IMG/VR virus record: IMGVR_UViG_3300030419_003599
Location: 1 to 64,000 of that record
Strand: one strand, 5' to 3'
Length of the DNA stretch: 64,000 nt
Source of the DNA: a virus
Part shown: in pieces, positions 1 to 8,528 of the stretch
How positions within the stretch are numbered: the stretch's first letter is position 1
Layout of the letters: each line of letters starts with the position of its first letter
Made by a program: the position numbers and the translations under genes
The notes under the pieces: generated by a model
What the model was told of the DNA's origin: nothing
Seen by the model: the letters and a program-made list of their open reading frames with translations, nothing else
Databases searched by the model: none

Positions 1-3000
1 GGGTTTAGTTCAGAGTTCCAAGACATCCACACAGGCGAACCTATGGACCTCGCTTGGCGATTGCTCAAAGCACCACTTGACTTTGAATCTGTCCGTGATG
101 TAGGGGTTGTTGAAGAAGGGGGCTTTCCTTATCGGAGGTTTGAGGCTGATTTCATAGACCCTGAAACACAAGAACGGCTACCCGCCTTCGCTCGTCTGTC
201 CGATGATGGAGTGGGTGTAGGCCGTATTCAAGACCCTGACCCCGAATCTCTTCTAAGAAATAGGGCGTTCCACATGATACATCCTTATGGTGATAAAGGG
301 ATTTATCCATATTCTATCGGCACAGATAAAAACTTTAGAGGCCGAGGCTATCAAGAAGCCCTTTTGAATTTGATAATGCGTTTAGCCGAAGCAGAGGGAA
401 AAACATTCTACGAGCCACCTCAATCCTCCAAAACGGGTGATGGTAATATGTTCGCCCAAAGAATGCGTGAAAAATATGGTGATAAAGATGTTGAGGTAAT
501 AACGGGCGAACCAATGGACCTCTCTATGCGGTTGCTCAAAGGTAAGTTTGATTTAATACCAATGGAGGCTGCTAATGAATTATTGATGTTTCATGATGAC
601 CCTACAATCATAAGATGGCATAATGATAAATATGGATTAGGTTTGAGTGAAGAAGGTTTGTCCCAAGATGAAACGGATGAATTACTTAGTCATATAATAG
701 ATAGCGATACTGCATTTGAGCCTTCGGTCCCGGGTGGGATAAGTCATGCAGAAAATGTTGAACAATATGAAAAAGAGACAAGAAAACCCGCAAGACCTAT
801 GGGACTGAATATGCAATTAGGAGATGTTCCTGTCATTGACCCTACTAAGCCCGAAACTTGGAAAGACGGTCCCGGCACCACTTGGGTTGGGGGAAAACCT
901 ACAGTATCTCCGCAGATAACCCAACAACCATTTCCTTACGACTTTGATTACATTCACCAAGGCGAACCAATGGACCTCGTTTTCCGGTTGCTTAAAGCAC
1001 AACAAACACTCTATGCTTATGACCCTTCATTTATTGAAGAAGGCTTTCAACCCAATATTCAAAATGTAATTATTGCATCAAAGCCCGGTGCTAGAGATAT
1101 TAGTAACGAAGAGCAAAGTAAATTGCATGATGAGATGTTGAGGGATATTTCTGAATTAGATGGCTCTCATCGTATTAAGATAATAAGCGCTCGTGGGCGT
1201 AGTAATGAATGGGGTGACGAACATTCGTTTATGCTTACAAATGTCCCTGATGATATGATGCCCCATATTTTTTCATTGGCTGATAAATATGGTCAAGATT
1301 CTATATTACACTCACCAAAAGGAACAGCAGGAACACAATTTGTAGATAGTAGTGGTGAAGTAACTGGTGGTTTAGAAGAAGGTGGGTTTACTATAAAAAA
1401 GCCTGAAAACTATACTGAGTTTCCAACAGGGCAAAAATACGCATATGGTGATTATGTTACGGCGAGCGAACCAATGGACCTCGCTATGCGGTTGTTGAAA
1501 CTTGAATTAGCACCACCTATGACTCAAGGTGTTGAAGAGCAAGTACCAATGCAAGAAGATATACCTATGGTTGAAACTATGGATGAAGATGACTGTTGTG
1601 AAAAAGTTCGCGCATTTATTATTCAACAAAACCCGAATGTGCATGAATCTATTATTGAAAGGATTCGGAATATGCCGTGTGAAGAACTTCAATCTAATTT
1701 GAATTACAATGCAGTAGCAAACTTGGTTGGTTGCGGTGGCTTTAGCGAAGCGGACCAAATGAAATACGCAGGCGAGCCGATGGACATCGCTATGCGGTTG
1801 CTCAAAGAGGCTCGCCCTCATGCTCTCATACCTAATTTTGATTTACGACACATGCTTAATCCTAAATCTGATATACAAGAGCAATTGATAAGGCAACATG
1901 TTCCTCATGCTCTTTCCAATGCTGAATCAGCAACAGAAGTTTACAATCAACTTTTAGAAGAAGCCAAAATAAGAGAAGAAGAAACCGATTACTTCCCTTT
2001 ACCTCAAACTCAAATTGAAGATTACGGAGAGCAACACCCGCCTATTTTTCGTTACAACGCTACAAATGCGGTAACATATAGACCCGACTTTCAAGATATT
2101 CACACAGGCGAACCAATGGAAATCGCTATGCGGCTGCTCAAAGAAGAGGTTGATGACGAGGCTTTCAAACGGTCTGCTTACGGTTTAATGGATGAGGGAT
2201 GGGCTGACCATTTACCCGAAGATTTTGACCATGAAGGTTTTGATGCAGAAAACTACAATGAAATTATTGATAGAGAATATCCCACGGGTCAAAGTGGATA
2301 TAGCCCCGGAATAAAAGAATTACGAAGGTCGCTATACAACCGTTATGAAAGCCCCGAAGAAAATGAAAAGCGTTTTCGTGACTTAATGGATAACCCTACT
2401 CGTGAACCTATACTTGTCGTTAGAGATAAGAATGGAGAAGAGCATATTATTGCCGGCCATCATAGAATGGCGGCGAACATTGAGTCCAACAGACCACATC
2501 TTCCCGCTTTGATATTGGATATGGACAAGGATATTCAAACAGGCGAACCAATGGACATCGCTATGCGCTTCCTTAAGGCCCCATTTTACGAATACAGTAT
2601 GCCGACTTCCCAAATCACAGAAAACATTGTGCCTTTCGCCGAAGCAATGAATGAAGGGGAGGAGGATTGGCAATATATCCAGCCTAGAGCCCCAGATGCC
2701 CGAGCCCGAGAGCATTTGGCAGAACAAATGAAAGAGAGGAATATTGCTCAAACATCCCCTGCCTTGGGTCAGCCCATAATCCCCGGTGATGAGGACACTT
2801 TACATATCGGAAATCTCATTGCTGAATTGATGATGCGAGAAAATCCTGAAATCTTAGACCAATTGCCTCCCGGTGCTCGGGCCTCAATGCATTGGGGCAA
2901 TTTCCCAAAACCGAATATCATTTATCCATCAGAGCATTCCAAACAGCGAGTCCCATACCCCATGAAAGACTTGCATAGCGTCTTTTATCAGATACCGGGC

Positions 3001-3618
3001 GGAAAAGTATCACCCATTACAATACAGCCCACTCCCCCTTTCAGAGTGACCGAGCCCACTCAATTCATTCCTGCTGGTTCATTAGCAGAATGGCAGAAGG
3101 AGATGTTTGATGCTAGAAATCTGGAGCACGGACTGGAAACTCCAGCCCTGAGAGATTTACACTATCAGAGGCCCGAATTGGTGGAGGTGGCTGCTGCTGC
3201 ACCTGCTGCTCCGGCGGGAGCACTAGTCGCAACGGGCACAAGAGTACCTCCCGGATTGGAACACTTATTCAAAATCCCGCAGCAGGGACGCAGGGCAGGG
3301 CGGATAGTTTTTGCTGGCCCTCAGAGAGCCAGAAAATGGGCCAGCCCAGAGACAGGTTTTCCACACCAACTAAAGACGGTGAGTGAGTCTATGGCGAATA
3401 TGCAGCCAGAGCAGGCCAAGGCGTTCTACAGTGCACTATTACAGGCATGGATGGACAAAGGTATCTCCTTGGACGATTTGACAGGATACACTGGGAGAGG
3501 AGGACGGGACATGTCGGGGGTATCAGGATGGGAGGACGCTATTGCTGGACTCAAGAAGAAGAGTGAACCTATAGATATCGCTATGCAATTACTCAAAGTT
3601 GAACTTATGCGCAAATAA
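1..3618 (+). CDS. Modular polyprotein-like protein (5'-truncated by window edge): unrelated domains separated by 8 copies of a GEPMDLAMRLLK motif; includes GNAT-like and ParB/Srx-like modules
   Basis: Frame is open from base 1 (GFSSEFQDIHTGEPM...), so ATG43 is internal to a repeat. Module 1 has GNAT motif A (IGTDKNFRGRGYQEALL); module 6 has a ParB-like signature (EPILVV...IIAGHHRMAA). Confidence 0.85.
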   Translation, partial: GFSSEFQDIHTGEPMDLAWRLLKAPLDFESVRDVGVVEEGGFPYRRFEADFIDPETQERLPAFARLSDDGVGVGRIQDPDPESLLRNRAFHMIHPYGDKGIYPYSIGTDKNFRGRGYQEALLNLIMRLAEAEGKTFYEPPQSSKTGDGNMFAQRMREKYGDKDVEVITGEPMDLSMRLLKGKFDLIPMEAANELLMFHDDPTIIRWHNDKYGLGLSEEGLSQDETDELLSHIIDSDTAFEPSVPGGISHAENVEQYEKETRKPARPMGLNMQLGDVPVIDPTKPETWKDGPGTTWVGGKPTVSPQITQQPFPYDFDYIHQGEPMDLVFRLLKAQQTLYAYDPSFIEEGFQPNIQNVIIASKPGARDISNEEQSKLHDEMLRDISELDGSHRIKIISARGRSNEWGDEHSFMLTNVPDDMMPHIFSLADKYGQDSILHSPKGTAGTQFVDSSGEVTGGLEEGGFTIKKPENYTEFPTGQKYAYGDYVTASEPMDLAMRLLKLELAPPMTQGVEEQVPMQEDIPMVETMDEDDCCEKVRAFIIQQNPNVHESIIERIRNMPCEELQSNLNYNAVANLVGCGGFSEADQMKYAGEPMDIAMRLLKEARPHALIPNFDLRHMLNPKSDIQEQLIRQHVPHALSNAESATEVYNQLLEEAKIREEETDYFPLPQTQIEDYGEQHPPIFRYNATNAVTYRPDFQDIHTGEPMEIAMRLLKEEVDDEAFKRSAYGLMDEGWADHLPEDFDHEGFDAENYNEIIDREYPTGQSGYSPGIKELRRSLYNRYESPEENEKRFRDLMDNPTREPILVVRDKNGEEHIIAGHHRMAANIESNRPHLPALILDMDKDIQTGEPMDIAMRFLKAPFYEYSMPTSQITENIVPFAEAMNEGEEDWQYIQPRAPDARAREHLAEQMKERNIAQTSPALGQPIIPGDEDTLHIGNLIAELMMRENPEILDQLPPGARASMHWGNFPKPNIIYPSEHSKQRVPYPMKDLHSVFYQIPGGKVSPITIQPTPPFRVTEPTQFIPAGSLAEWQKEMFDARNLEHGLETPALRDLHYQRPELVEVAAAAPAAPAGALVATGTRVPPGLEHLFKIPQQGRRAGRIVFAGPQRARKWASPETGFPHQLKTVSESMANMQPEQAKAFYSALLQAWMDKGISLDDLTGYTGRGGRDMSGVSGWEDAIAGLKKKSEPIDIAMQLLKVELMRK
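31..3597 (+). repeat. Dispersed 39-bp in-frame repeat, consensus ~ACAGGCGAACCAATGGACMTCGCTATGCGGTTGCTCAAA; copies at 31, 502, 958, 1462, 1768, 2104, 2539, 3559
   Basis: Read directly. Spacings 471, 456, 504, 306, 336, 435 and 1020 nt are all multiples of 3; the last copy is the most diverged. Confidence 0.95.
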
Positions 3619-3735
3619 TAGCCGTTTGGTCGCAATCATGCTTAGGAAGCATGAAAACGCTATGATATTGGCCGCATTTTGAGCAAAGTACCTTTACATC
3701 CATGGTCAAGGGGAAGCATTGCCCTCTTATGAGGC

Positions 3736-4707
3736 TTGTCAGTAAATGCTTACTTAGAAAATGGTGTATTTTGCTGCACTTACTGCATCGGGTGTAACTT
3801 CTACACTTATGTTAAGAACCCTATTCGCACTATCGTGCCTCCGAGCCTGCGAATCTATGAAGTAGGGCCTAGAGATGGGCTACAGAACTCAAAAGTGCGA
3901 TTTTCAACATCTGAAAAGGTTGAACTTATTAAAATGCTAGAAAATGCCGGTATTTCTCATATTGAAATGGGTTCATTCGTAAATCCGGCTTTAGTCCCGG
4001 CCATGTCGGATACTGCGGCTGTATTTAGAGAAGTAATAGGCCAAATAGATGCTAAAACTGAGTTAGGCGCTCTTATTCCTAATGAAAAGGGCTTCAAAAC
4101 CGCAATTATGACTGGTTTAACCCATTTTAACATCTTTTTTTCTCCATCGGAGGCTTTTAACGCCCGAAATCTCGGAAAAACACGAAATGAGGCGTTTTTG
4201 CACTTCAAAAATGTATTGAAAGATATCCCTAAAGAAAATATCCGAGTTTATGTGTCATGTGCGTTTGGTTGCCCATTTGAAGGTGAAATTGACTCAAATC
4301 TACTGAAAAAAGCGATTCAAGACGCAAATGAACTAGGTTCAACTGTTGTTCTTTGTGATACAGTCGGAAAAGCGAACCCAAAAGCAGTAGAACGGGTTTT
4401 ACATCTAGTTGATTCAGGCATTAAAGCCGAAATTGCTTTACATTTACATGAAGGGGTTAGAGGACGCTCCGGTTTATTTGAAAATATAGAGACAGCGGTA
4501 GGACTTGGGGTGCATCAATTTGATACTAGTATTGGCGGTTTAGGTGGTTGCCCATTTATGCCGGGTTCTGGAGTGAATGTGGCTACCGAAGACCTTGTTG
4601 AATGGGCAAATGAGCGTGGGTTAGACACAGGAGTTTGCGAAAATGCTCTAGCGGAGGTCGCAGCATTTGTGGCAAGCCGCATTAGTCCTATGGAGGTGGC
4701 GCAATGA
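3736..4707 (+). CDS. hmgL: Hydroxymethylglutaryl-CoA lyase (DRE-TIM metallolyase); likely true start GTG 3835
   Basis: IYEVGPRDGLQN N-terminal motif, FGCPFEG, LCDTVG, LHLH metal-binding histidines, GLGGCPF and NVATEDLV motifs. Confidence 0.92.
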   Translation: MSVNAYLENGVFCCTYCIGCNFYTYVKNPIRTIVPPSLRIYEVGPRDGLQNSKVRFSTSEKVELIKMLENAGISHIEMGSFVNPALVPAMSDTAAVFREVIGQIDAKTELGALIPNEKGFKTAIMTGLTHFNIFFSPSEAFNARNLGKTRNEAFLHFKNVLKDIPKENIRVYVSCAFGCPFEGEIDSNLLKKAIQDANELGSTVVLCDTVGKANPKAVERVLHLVDSGIKAEIALHLHEGVRGRSGLFENIETAVGLGVHQFDTSIGGLGGCPFMPGSGVNVATEDLVEWANERGLDTGVCENALAEVAAFVASRISPMEVAQ

Positions 4708-4874
4708 TTGTAGATTTGATAATCGGACTATCTGTTGTTATGCTTGTTCTAGTGGTCTGGGTTACTTGGGAAATCTCTCAGTGGGAGACAGAAGTGAACC
4801 TAACAATGGAAGAAATAGAAGCAGTACATAATGACATGTGGCAAGGTTTGCACTTAAGCGGAAGAGATGATTGA
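4704..4874 (+). CDS. Small single-TM membrane protein (56 aa; not in ORF track)
   Basis: ATGA overlap with the hmgL stop; MIVDLIIGLSVVMLVLVVWVTWE hydrophobic N-terminus. Confidence 0.6.
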   Translation: MIVDLIIGLSVVMLVLVVWVTWEISQWETEVNLTMEEIEAVHNDMWQGLHLSGRDD

Positions 4875-5133
4875 TATGGCTCAAGGATTTTGGTTATTTC
4901 GTATTACCATGAAACTTTTGGAAAAACTCTACATTTGGGTAGAATCTAAAATGAAGTATCCAAATGACCATACTATCCTAGGGATTTCTATTGACGAAGA
5001 CCTCCAAAAAATGAGCCGTAGAGAATTGTGTGCTTATATTGAAGAGAACACACCCGGAGAAGGCTCATTTTGGAGATTAGATAGCACCACTAAGATTCGT
5101 TTTGGGTGTCAAATGATGCGAAAGTTTGATTGA
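4867..5133 (+). CDS. Hypothetical protein
   Basis: ORF coupled to the upstream gene; no recognisable motif. Confidence 0.6.
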   Translation: MIDMAQGFWLFRITMKLLEKLYIWVESKMKYPNDHTILGISIDEDLQKMSRRELCAYIEENTPGEGSFWRLDSTTKIRFGCQMMRKFD

Positions 5134-5180
5134 CCTTGCGCATTCCGCAAGTAATGGCCCCTCACGACCTCCCGACAGTG

Positions 5181-5200
5181 TTTCTTTCTGTTTTCTCTCT
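5181..5200 (+). terminator. Possible archaeal-type oligo-T/pyrimidine terminator
   Basis: TTTCTTTCTGTTTTCTCTCT in the intergenic gap after the hmgL gene cluster. Confidence 0.35.
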
Positions 5201-5259
5201 ATCACCGATTTAGTGAGGGTGCCACTAACTTTTAGAACTGAGTCTCTTTACGAGGTGTC

Positions 5260-5667
5260 ATGCCTGTAAGCGTGATGGCCATGGAAGAAGCATGGAATGC
5301 GCTAGTCATTCGTAAAGCCATTCGCAAGCAACATGAAGACGAAGACGAAATTGACCCTGTAGAATTGGGCGATTATGGTCTTTATGATACAGAAGCCGAG
5401 CAACCTGAAGATGAAGACGAGCGTGAGACCCCTTGGTTAGAGGAAGAACCTATCCATGATTTGCATCACGCCCCACCTTGGATAGGTAGAGATACTTATG
5501 TCCCATTAGAGAATCTTGAAGAGTCCGCCCCACATCAATTACCTAGCGGTGCCGGTGCTACTACACCTGCTGGCGGCAAAGTCGCAGTTGAGCCTAGACG
5601 CCAAGAAAAGGCTGGGGATGAAGACGATGAAGATGCAGGTGCCCCAGCATCTCTCCCTAAGCCTTGA
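5260..5667 (+). CDS. Acidic hypothetical protein with leader variant (MEEAWNALVIRKA)
   Basis: GAGGTG RBS upstream; D/E-rich sequence. Confidence 0.7.
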   Translation: MPVSVMAMEEAWNALVIRKAIRKQHEDEDEIDPVELGDYGLYDTEAEQPEDEDERETPWLEEEPIHDLHHAPPWIGRDTYVPLENLEESAPHQLPSGAGATTPAGGKVAVEPRRQEKAGDEDDEDAGAPASLPKP

Positions 5668-5806
5668 ACTTATCATCTGAAGGCCGCTCTTTGGGCTTTT
5701 GTCTAATTATTAGTTCATCTTCTATAGGATAGAGCATGCCAAATAAAGCCCCGAATAGAAATGCCCCTACCCAAAGTGCAGCATGGATGACGAGAGAGTA
5801 GTCCAT
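5657..5806 (-). CDS. Small membrane protein (49 aa; not in ORF track)
   Basis: TAATG coupling to the 5806..7251 gene; MDYSLVIHAALWVGAFLFGALFGMLYP hydrophobic segment. Confidence 0.55.
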   Translation of the reverse strand: MDYSLVIHAALWVGAFLFGALFGMLYPIEDELIIRQKPKERPSDDKFKA

Positions 5807-7251
5807 TAACGGACCCCTACTGATTTTAGGGTCCCTCTCTCTTTGAAATGTCTTGCTCGGTTGGCATGAGGGTCTTCTTCAACAAGTGTATGCTGACGAG
5901 TATGAGAAATATCAGGGCCGCCTCGTCCATATATACCGCGTTTGCGCCTCTCCCGATTGAGGTCTTCTCGGTATTTGACCCTTTTAGGATTTGATTCATA
6001 CTCAGTATCGTATTCTACTTTATGTCGTAAAGCCTCTGGACTTGTGGCGTGTTTGAGAAGCCTAAAAGCAAGGTCCATTGGTTCGCTAGCCAAATGGTAA
6101 TCTGGGTCATAGTCCCAATCAGTAGGTTCATTGATTTGCTCTGTCGGCTTTTCTGGTTTTGGTCGTACATCTTCCCAGTAAGGGAGGCTTGCCGAAGGGA
6201 CCGGCCTGTTGGGATTCGGATACGGGTTTGGCGTCAATCTGGTTTGTCCTCGTGCGTGCTTCCACGGTTCTTTCCCAAGTTGGGGGGGAGTTAATGGGGG
6301 TTGTTTTAATTCCTCAGATATATGTTCGCTCCATGGTACAGTAGTAATATCAGGGCGTAATGAGCCCCATTTTTCAGGGAGATGGAAATGACTTATTGTA
6401 TCAAATAATGTGTCACCCTCTTCCTCACCTAATTCCATATTATGTAAAGGGCCGAGTTCTGCAAAATGAGGGATTTTACCTAATTTACGGCCCGCTGCAC
6501 TACGCAGCCCTTTCGGTATTAACTTCATGGCTCTTGCTGCTAACCCCTGACCTTTGTCTGTGCGCGCTGAACTCATAAGTGCCCCTTCTCTACCAAGTAT
6601 TTGTTGTCCTAATAATGTCCCTAACCCTTGGCCTTCATAGCGAGGGTCAATTTGAATATAACTGACATGGGGACCCGCCATACTAGCGCGACCTATTGGT
6701 ATCATGCCTTTAGGGGCGTATGCTTCTTCATGAGGCAACAAACCTGTGTCTGGGTCGTAGAATCTTCCAGATGCATTTAGACTAGAAGGCGTATAATCCC
6801 CGCGATAAAAAGAGCCCCCCCATGATTCGCTTGGGCTTACTGCTCCTTTTGGAGCCCAAAGGGCATATTGTTTCTCCCCAAATAAATCGGACAATATACC
6901 CTTCATGTATTCATCTCTCACATCAACATCATCATCATCTTCCAATTCATCCCAATTATCGTGATACCAATCATATATTCGTTTTAATTTTGATGTAGAA
7001 GGGTCTCTTGTCGTCAAATCATTAGAGAGGTTGTAGTAATCGGCGAGGGCATTCCATTGGGGTCGCTGTGTAATTAAAGATGTAAGATGGAAATCGCTCG
7101 GTTTTAAGCCTAAGAGGCGCTTTTTATTATCTTGCGGAGAGCCAGTATCTGGTTTTTCTACTGCATCGCCTAGCGGTTTGGGCATGGCTCCCCAATCACT
7201 AAGAGTGGTCTGCCGTGCCTTCAAAAAAGACCACGATTTATCTATGCCCAT
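5806..7251 (-). CDS. Modular protein: leader + PIP-box-like motif + GNAT-like domain, then repeat motif and a basic HNH-like C-terminal module
   Basis: MGIDKSWSFLK|ARQTTLSDW; VSYIQIDPRYEGQGLGTLL (GNAT motif A); ASEPMDLAFRLLK at 6052-6090; C-terminal DISHT...HANRARH. Confidence 0.75.
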   Translation of the reverse strand: MGIDKSWSFLKARQTTLSDWGAMPKPLGDAVEKPDTGSPQDNKKRLLGLKPSDFHLTSLITQRPQWNALADYYNLSNDLTTRDPSTSKLKRIYDWYHDNWDELEDDDDVDVRDEYMKGILSDLFGEKQYALWAPKGAVSPSESWGGSFYRGDYTPSSLNASGRFYDPDTGLLPHEEAYAPKGMIPIGRASMAGPHVSYIQIDPRYEGQGLGTLLGQQILGREGALMSSARTDKGQGLAARAMKLIPKGLRSAAGRKLGKIPHFAELGPLHNMELGEEEGDTLFDTISHFHLPEKWGSLRPDITTVPWSEHISEELKQPPLTPPQLGKEPWKHARGQTRLTPNPYPNPNRPVPSASLPYWEDVRPKPEKPTEQINEPTDWDYDPDYHLASEPMDLAFRLLKHATSPEALRHKVEYDTEYESNPKRVKYREDLNRERRKRGIYGRGGPDISHTRQHTLVEEDPHANRARHFKERGTLKSVGVR

Positions 7252-7258
7252 GGCCCTG

Positions 7259-7278
7259 CCTCACCCCTACGGGTGAGG
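7259..7278. promoter_or_regulatory. Perfect inverted repeat CCTCACCC-ctac-GGGTGAGG between divergent genes, overlapping the RBS of the minus-strand gene
   Basis: 8-bp stem with 4-nt loop, read directly. Confidence 0.55.
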
Positions 7279-7336
7279 TACTAAGGAAATTAGGCTTTGG
7301 GCGTAACAATCAATATCTCCTTCCCTCTCGCAGGCG

Positions 7337-8494
7337 TTGATGCCCTCCGTTTTAGTGGAGCCTCCTATTGAAAAGGCAGCGCCTCTCGCTCTCGCCCCTA
7401 TTGCTGCAGGCACTGCTGCTACTGCTGGTGGTGTGGGTTTGGGCGCAAGAGCATTGGGTGCCATAGGAAGGTTATTCGGAAAAAAGCCGAAAGCGCCTAA
7501 AGCGCCTAAAGCGCCTGCTTCATTGCCTGCTAGTTCTAAAACAGCAATCAAACGCCCTACCCCAGTCGGTCATGTACCCGAGCCCCCTTCCCCAATAAAA
7601 CCAATAGCGCACTCTGACCCTTTTCAACATACACTAGATGTCATGCCTAAGCAACCGGGCGTACATACTGGTGCAGGCACAACAGTTACGCAAGAGGCTC
7701 TGGATATAGGAGGTCATACTGGTGCAGGCACAACAGTTACGCAAGAGGCTCTGGATATGAATATGGCGAAACCAGAGGTAAATCCTGTAGTGAGTGGTTT
7801 CAAAAGTGGGGCAGGGCAAGCGCTTGGATATGGTGCGCTAGGGGGCGCAATGACAGGAGGAGGAGGAGGCCAAAATCCTGCAATCCAAACTGCCCAACAG
7901 AGTGCTGCACAACAACAGCAGCACAATATGGATATGCAACAACAGGCTACTCAAGCCGCTGGTACTACTGCTGGGACTCAACCCGGTGTTGCATATGGTG
8001 ATACAGCCAAAAGTCTTGATAATTGGAAATTACTCCAAGAAGCAGATGCTCTTCGTAGCGGTGGAGACCCTTCTACTGCTAATCGTTTTGTGGCTGTGTC
8101 CAGAGCATTACAAAAACCGCAAGAGATTCGTAATAAGTTTATCCAAGATTATGGGCACCGAGCAGCCGAATTGCTTGGCGAAAAGGAACCAGAGTGGAGA
8201 GAGGCAGAGCATCTTTATGAGCAAGGCAAACAAAGTGCTGATTATAGAGATATGAGACAATCTCCGAGTGAATACGATGCTGAACAGCGTAACCAGTTTT
8301 TTGCTATGATGAGAAGATTAGGCATAGGTAAAGAAAGAGAACTGGCCGCTCAACAACGAGCAGAAGAGATGTTATCGCAACTAAGGCAAGATGACCCTTC
8401 TCAATATTTTTCCGATTTACCATTTAGAGTAGAAGGCTCAAATAATCCTATGGATTTAGGGCAAGAATGGCAAGAACTGCTTAAGCCAGAATGA
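7337..8494 (+). CDS. Low-complexity Ala/Gly/Gln-rich protein with motif variants (IEKA near N-terminus; NPMDLGQEWQELLK at C-terminus)
   Basis: ORF track plus motif inspection. Confidence 0.7.
   Translation: MMPSVLVEPPIEKAAPLALAPIAAGTAATAGGVGLGARALGAIGRLFGKKPKAPKAPKAPASLPASSKTAIKRPTPVGHVPEPPSPIKPIAHSDPFQHTLDVMPKQPGVHTGAGTTVTQEALDIGGHTGAGTTVTQEALDMNMAKPEVNPVVSGFKSGAGQALGYGALGGAMTGGGGGQNPAIQTAQQSAAQQQQHNMDMQQQATQAAGTTAGTQPGVAYGDTAKSLDNWKLLQEADALRSGGDPSTANRFVAVSRALQKPQEIRNKFIQDYGHRAAELLGEKEPEWREAEHLYEQGKQSADYRDMRQSPSEYDAEQRNQFFAMMRRLGIGKERELAAQQRAEEMLSQLRQDDPSQYFSDLPFRVEGSNNPMDLGQEWQELLKPE
7664..7758 (+). repeat. Tandem duplication with 51-bp period (44 bp identical; HTGAGTTVTQEALD x2)
   Basis: CATACTGGTGCAGGCACAACAGTTACGCAAGAGGCTCTGGATAT at 7664 and 7715. 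A separate AAAGCGCCT x3 lies at 7490-7516. Confidence 0.95.
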
Positions 8495-8528
8495 AGATAT
8501 AGAATGGTAAAGTTTAATTTGCCCTCTC

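Noticed and set aside
31-3597. 39-bp repeats as a CRISPR array
   Set aside because: Spacers are 270-980 nt, always in frame and protein-coding; repeats vary at codon positions, are not palindromic, and no cas genes are present.
31-3597. Repeats as integron attC sites or a diversity-generating retroelement
   Set aside because: No attC-like inverted structure, no integrase or reverse transcriptase in the window, and no adenine-specific TR/VR pair seen.
3619-3834. tRNA or structured ncRNA in the largest intergenic gap
   Set aside because: No cloverleaf, T-loop consensus or convincing stem recognised by eye; tRNAscan-SE or Infernal would be needed to exclude it.
3736-4707. Host chromosomal DNA or a provirus boundary at hmgL
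   Set aside because: It is flanked on both sides by genes with the viral tag motif, appears to share the same k-mer avoidance, and no integrase, att site or other housekeeping genes are nearby.
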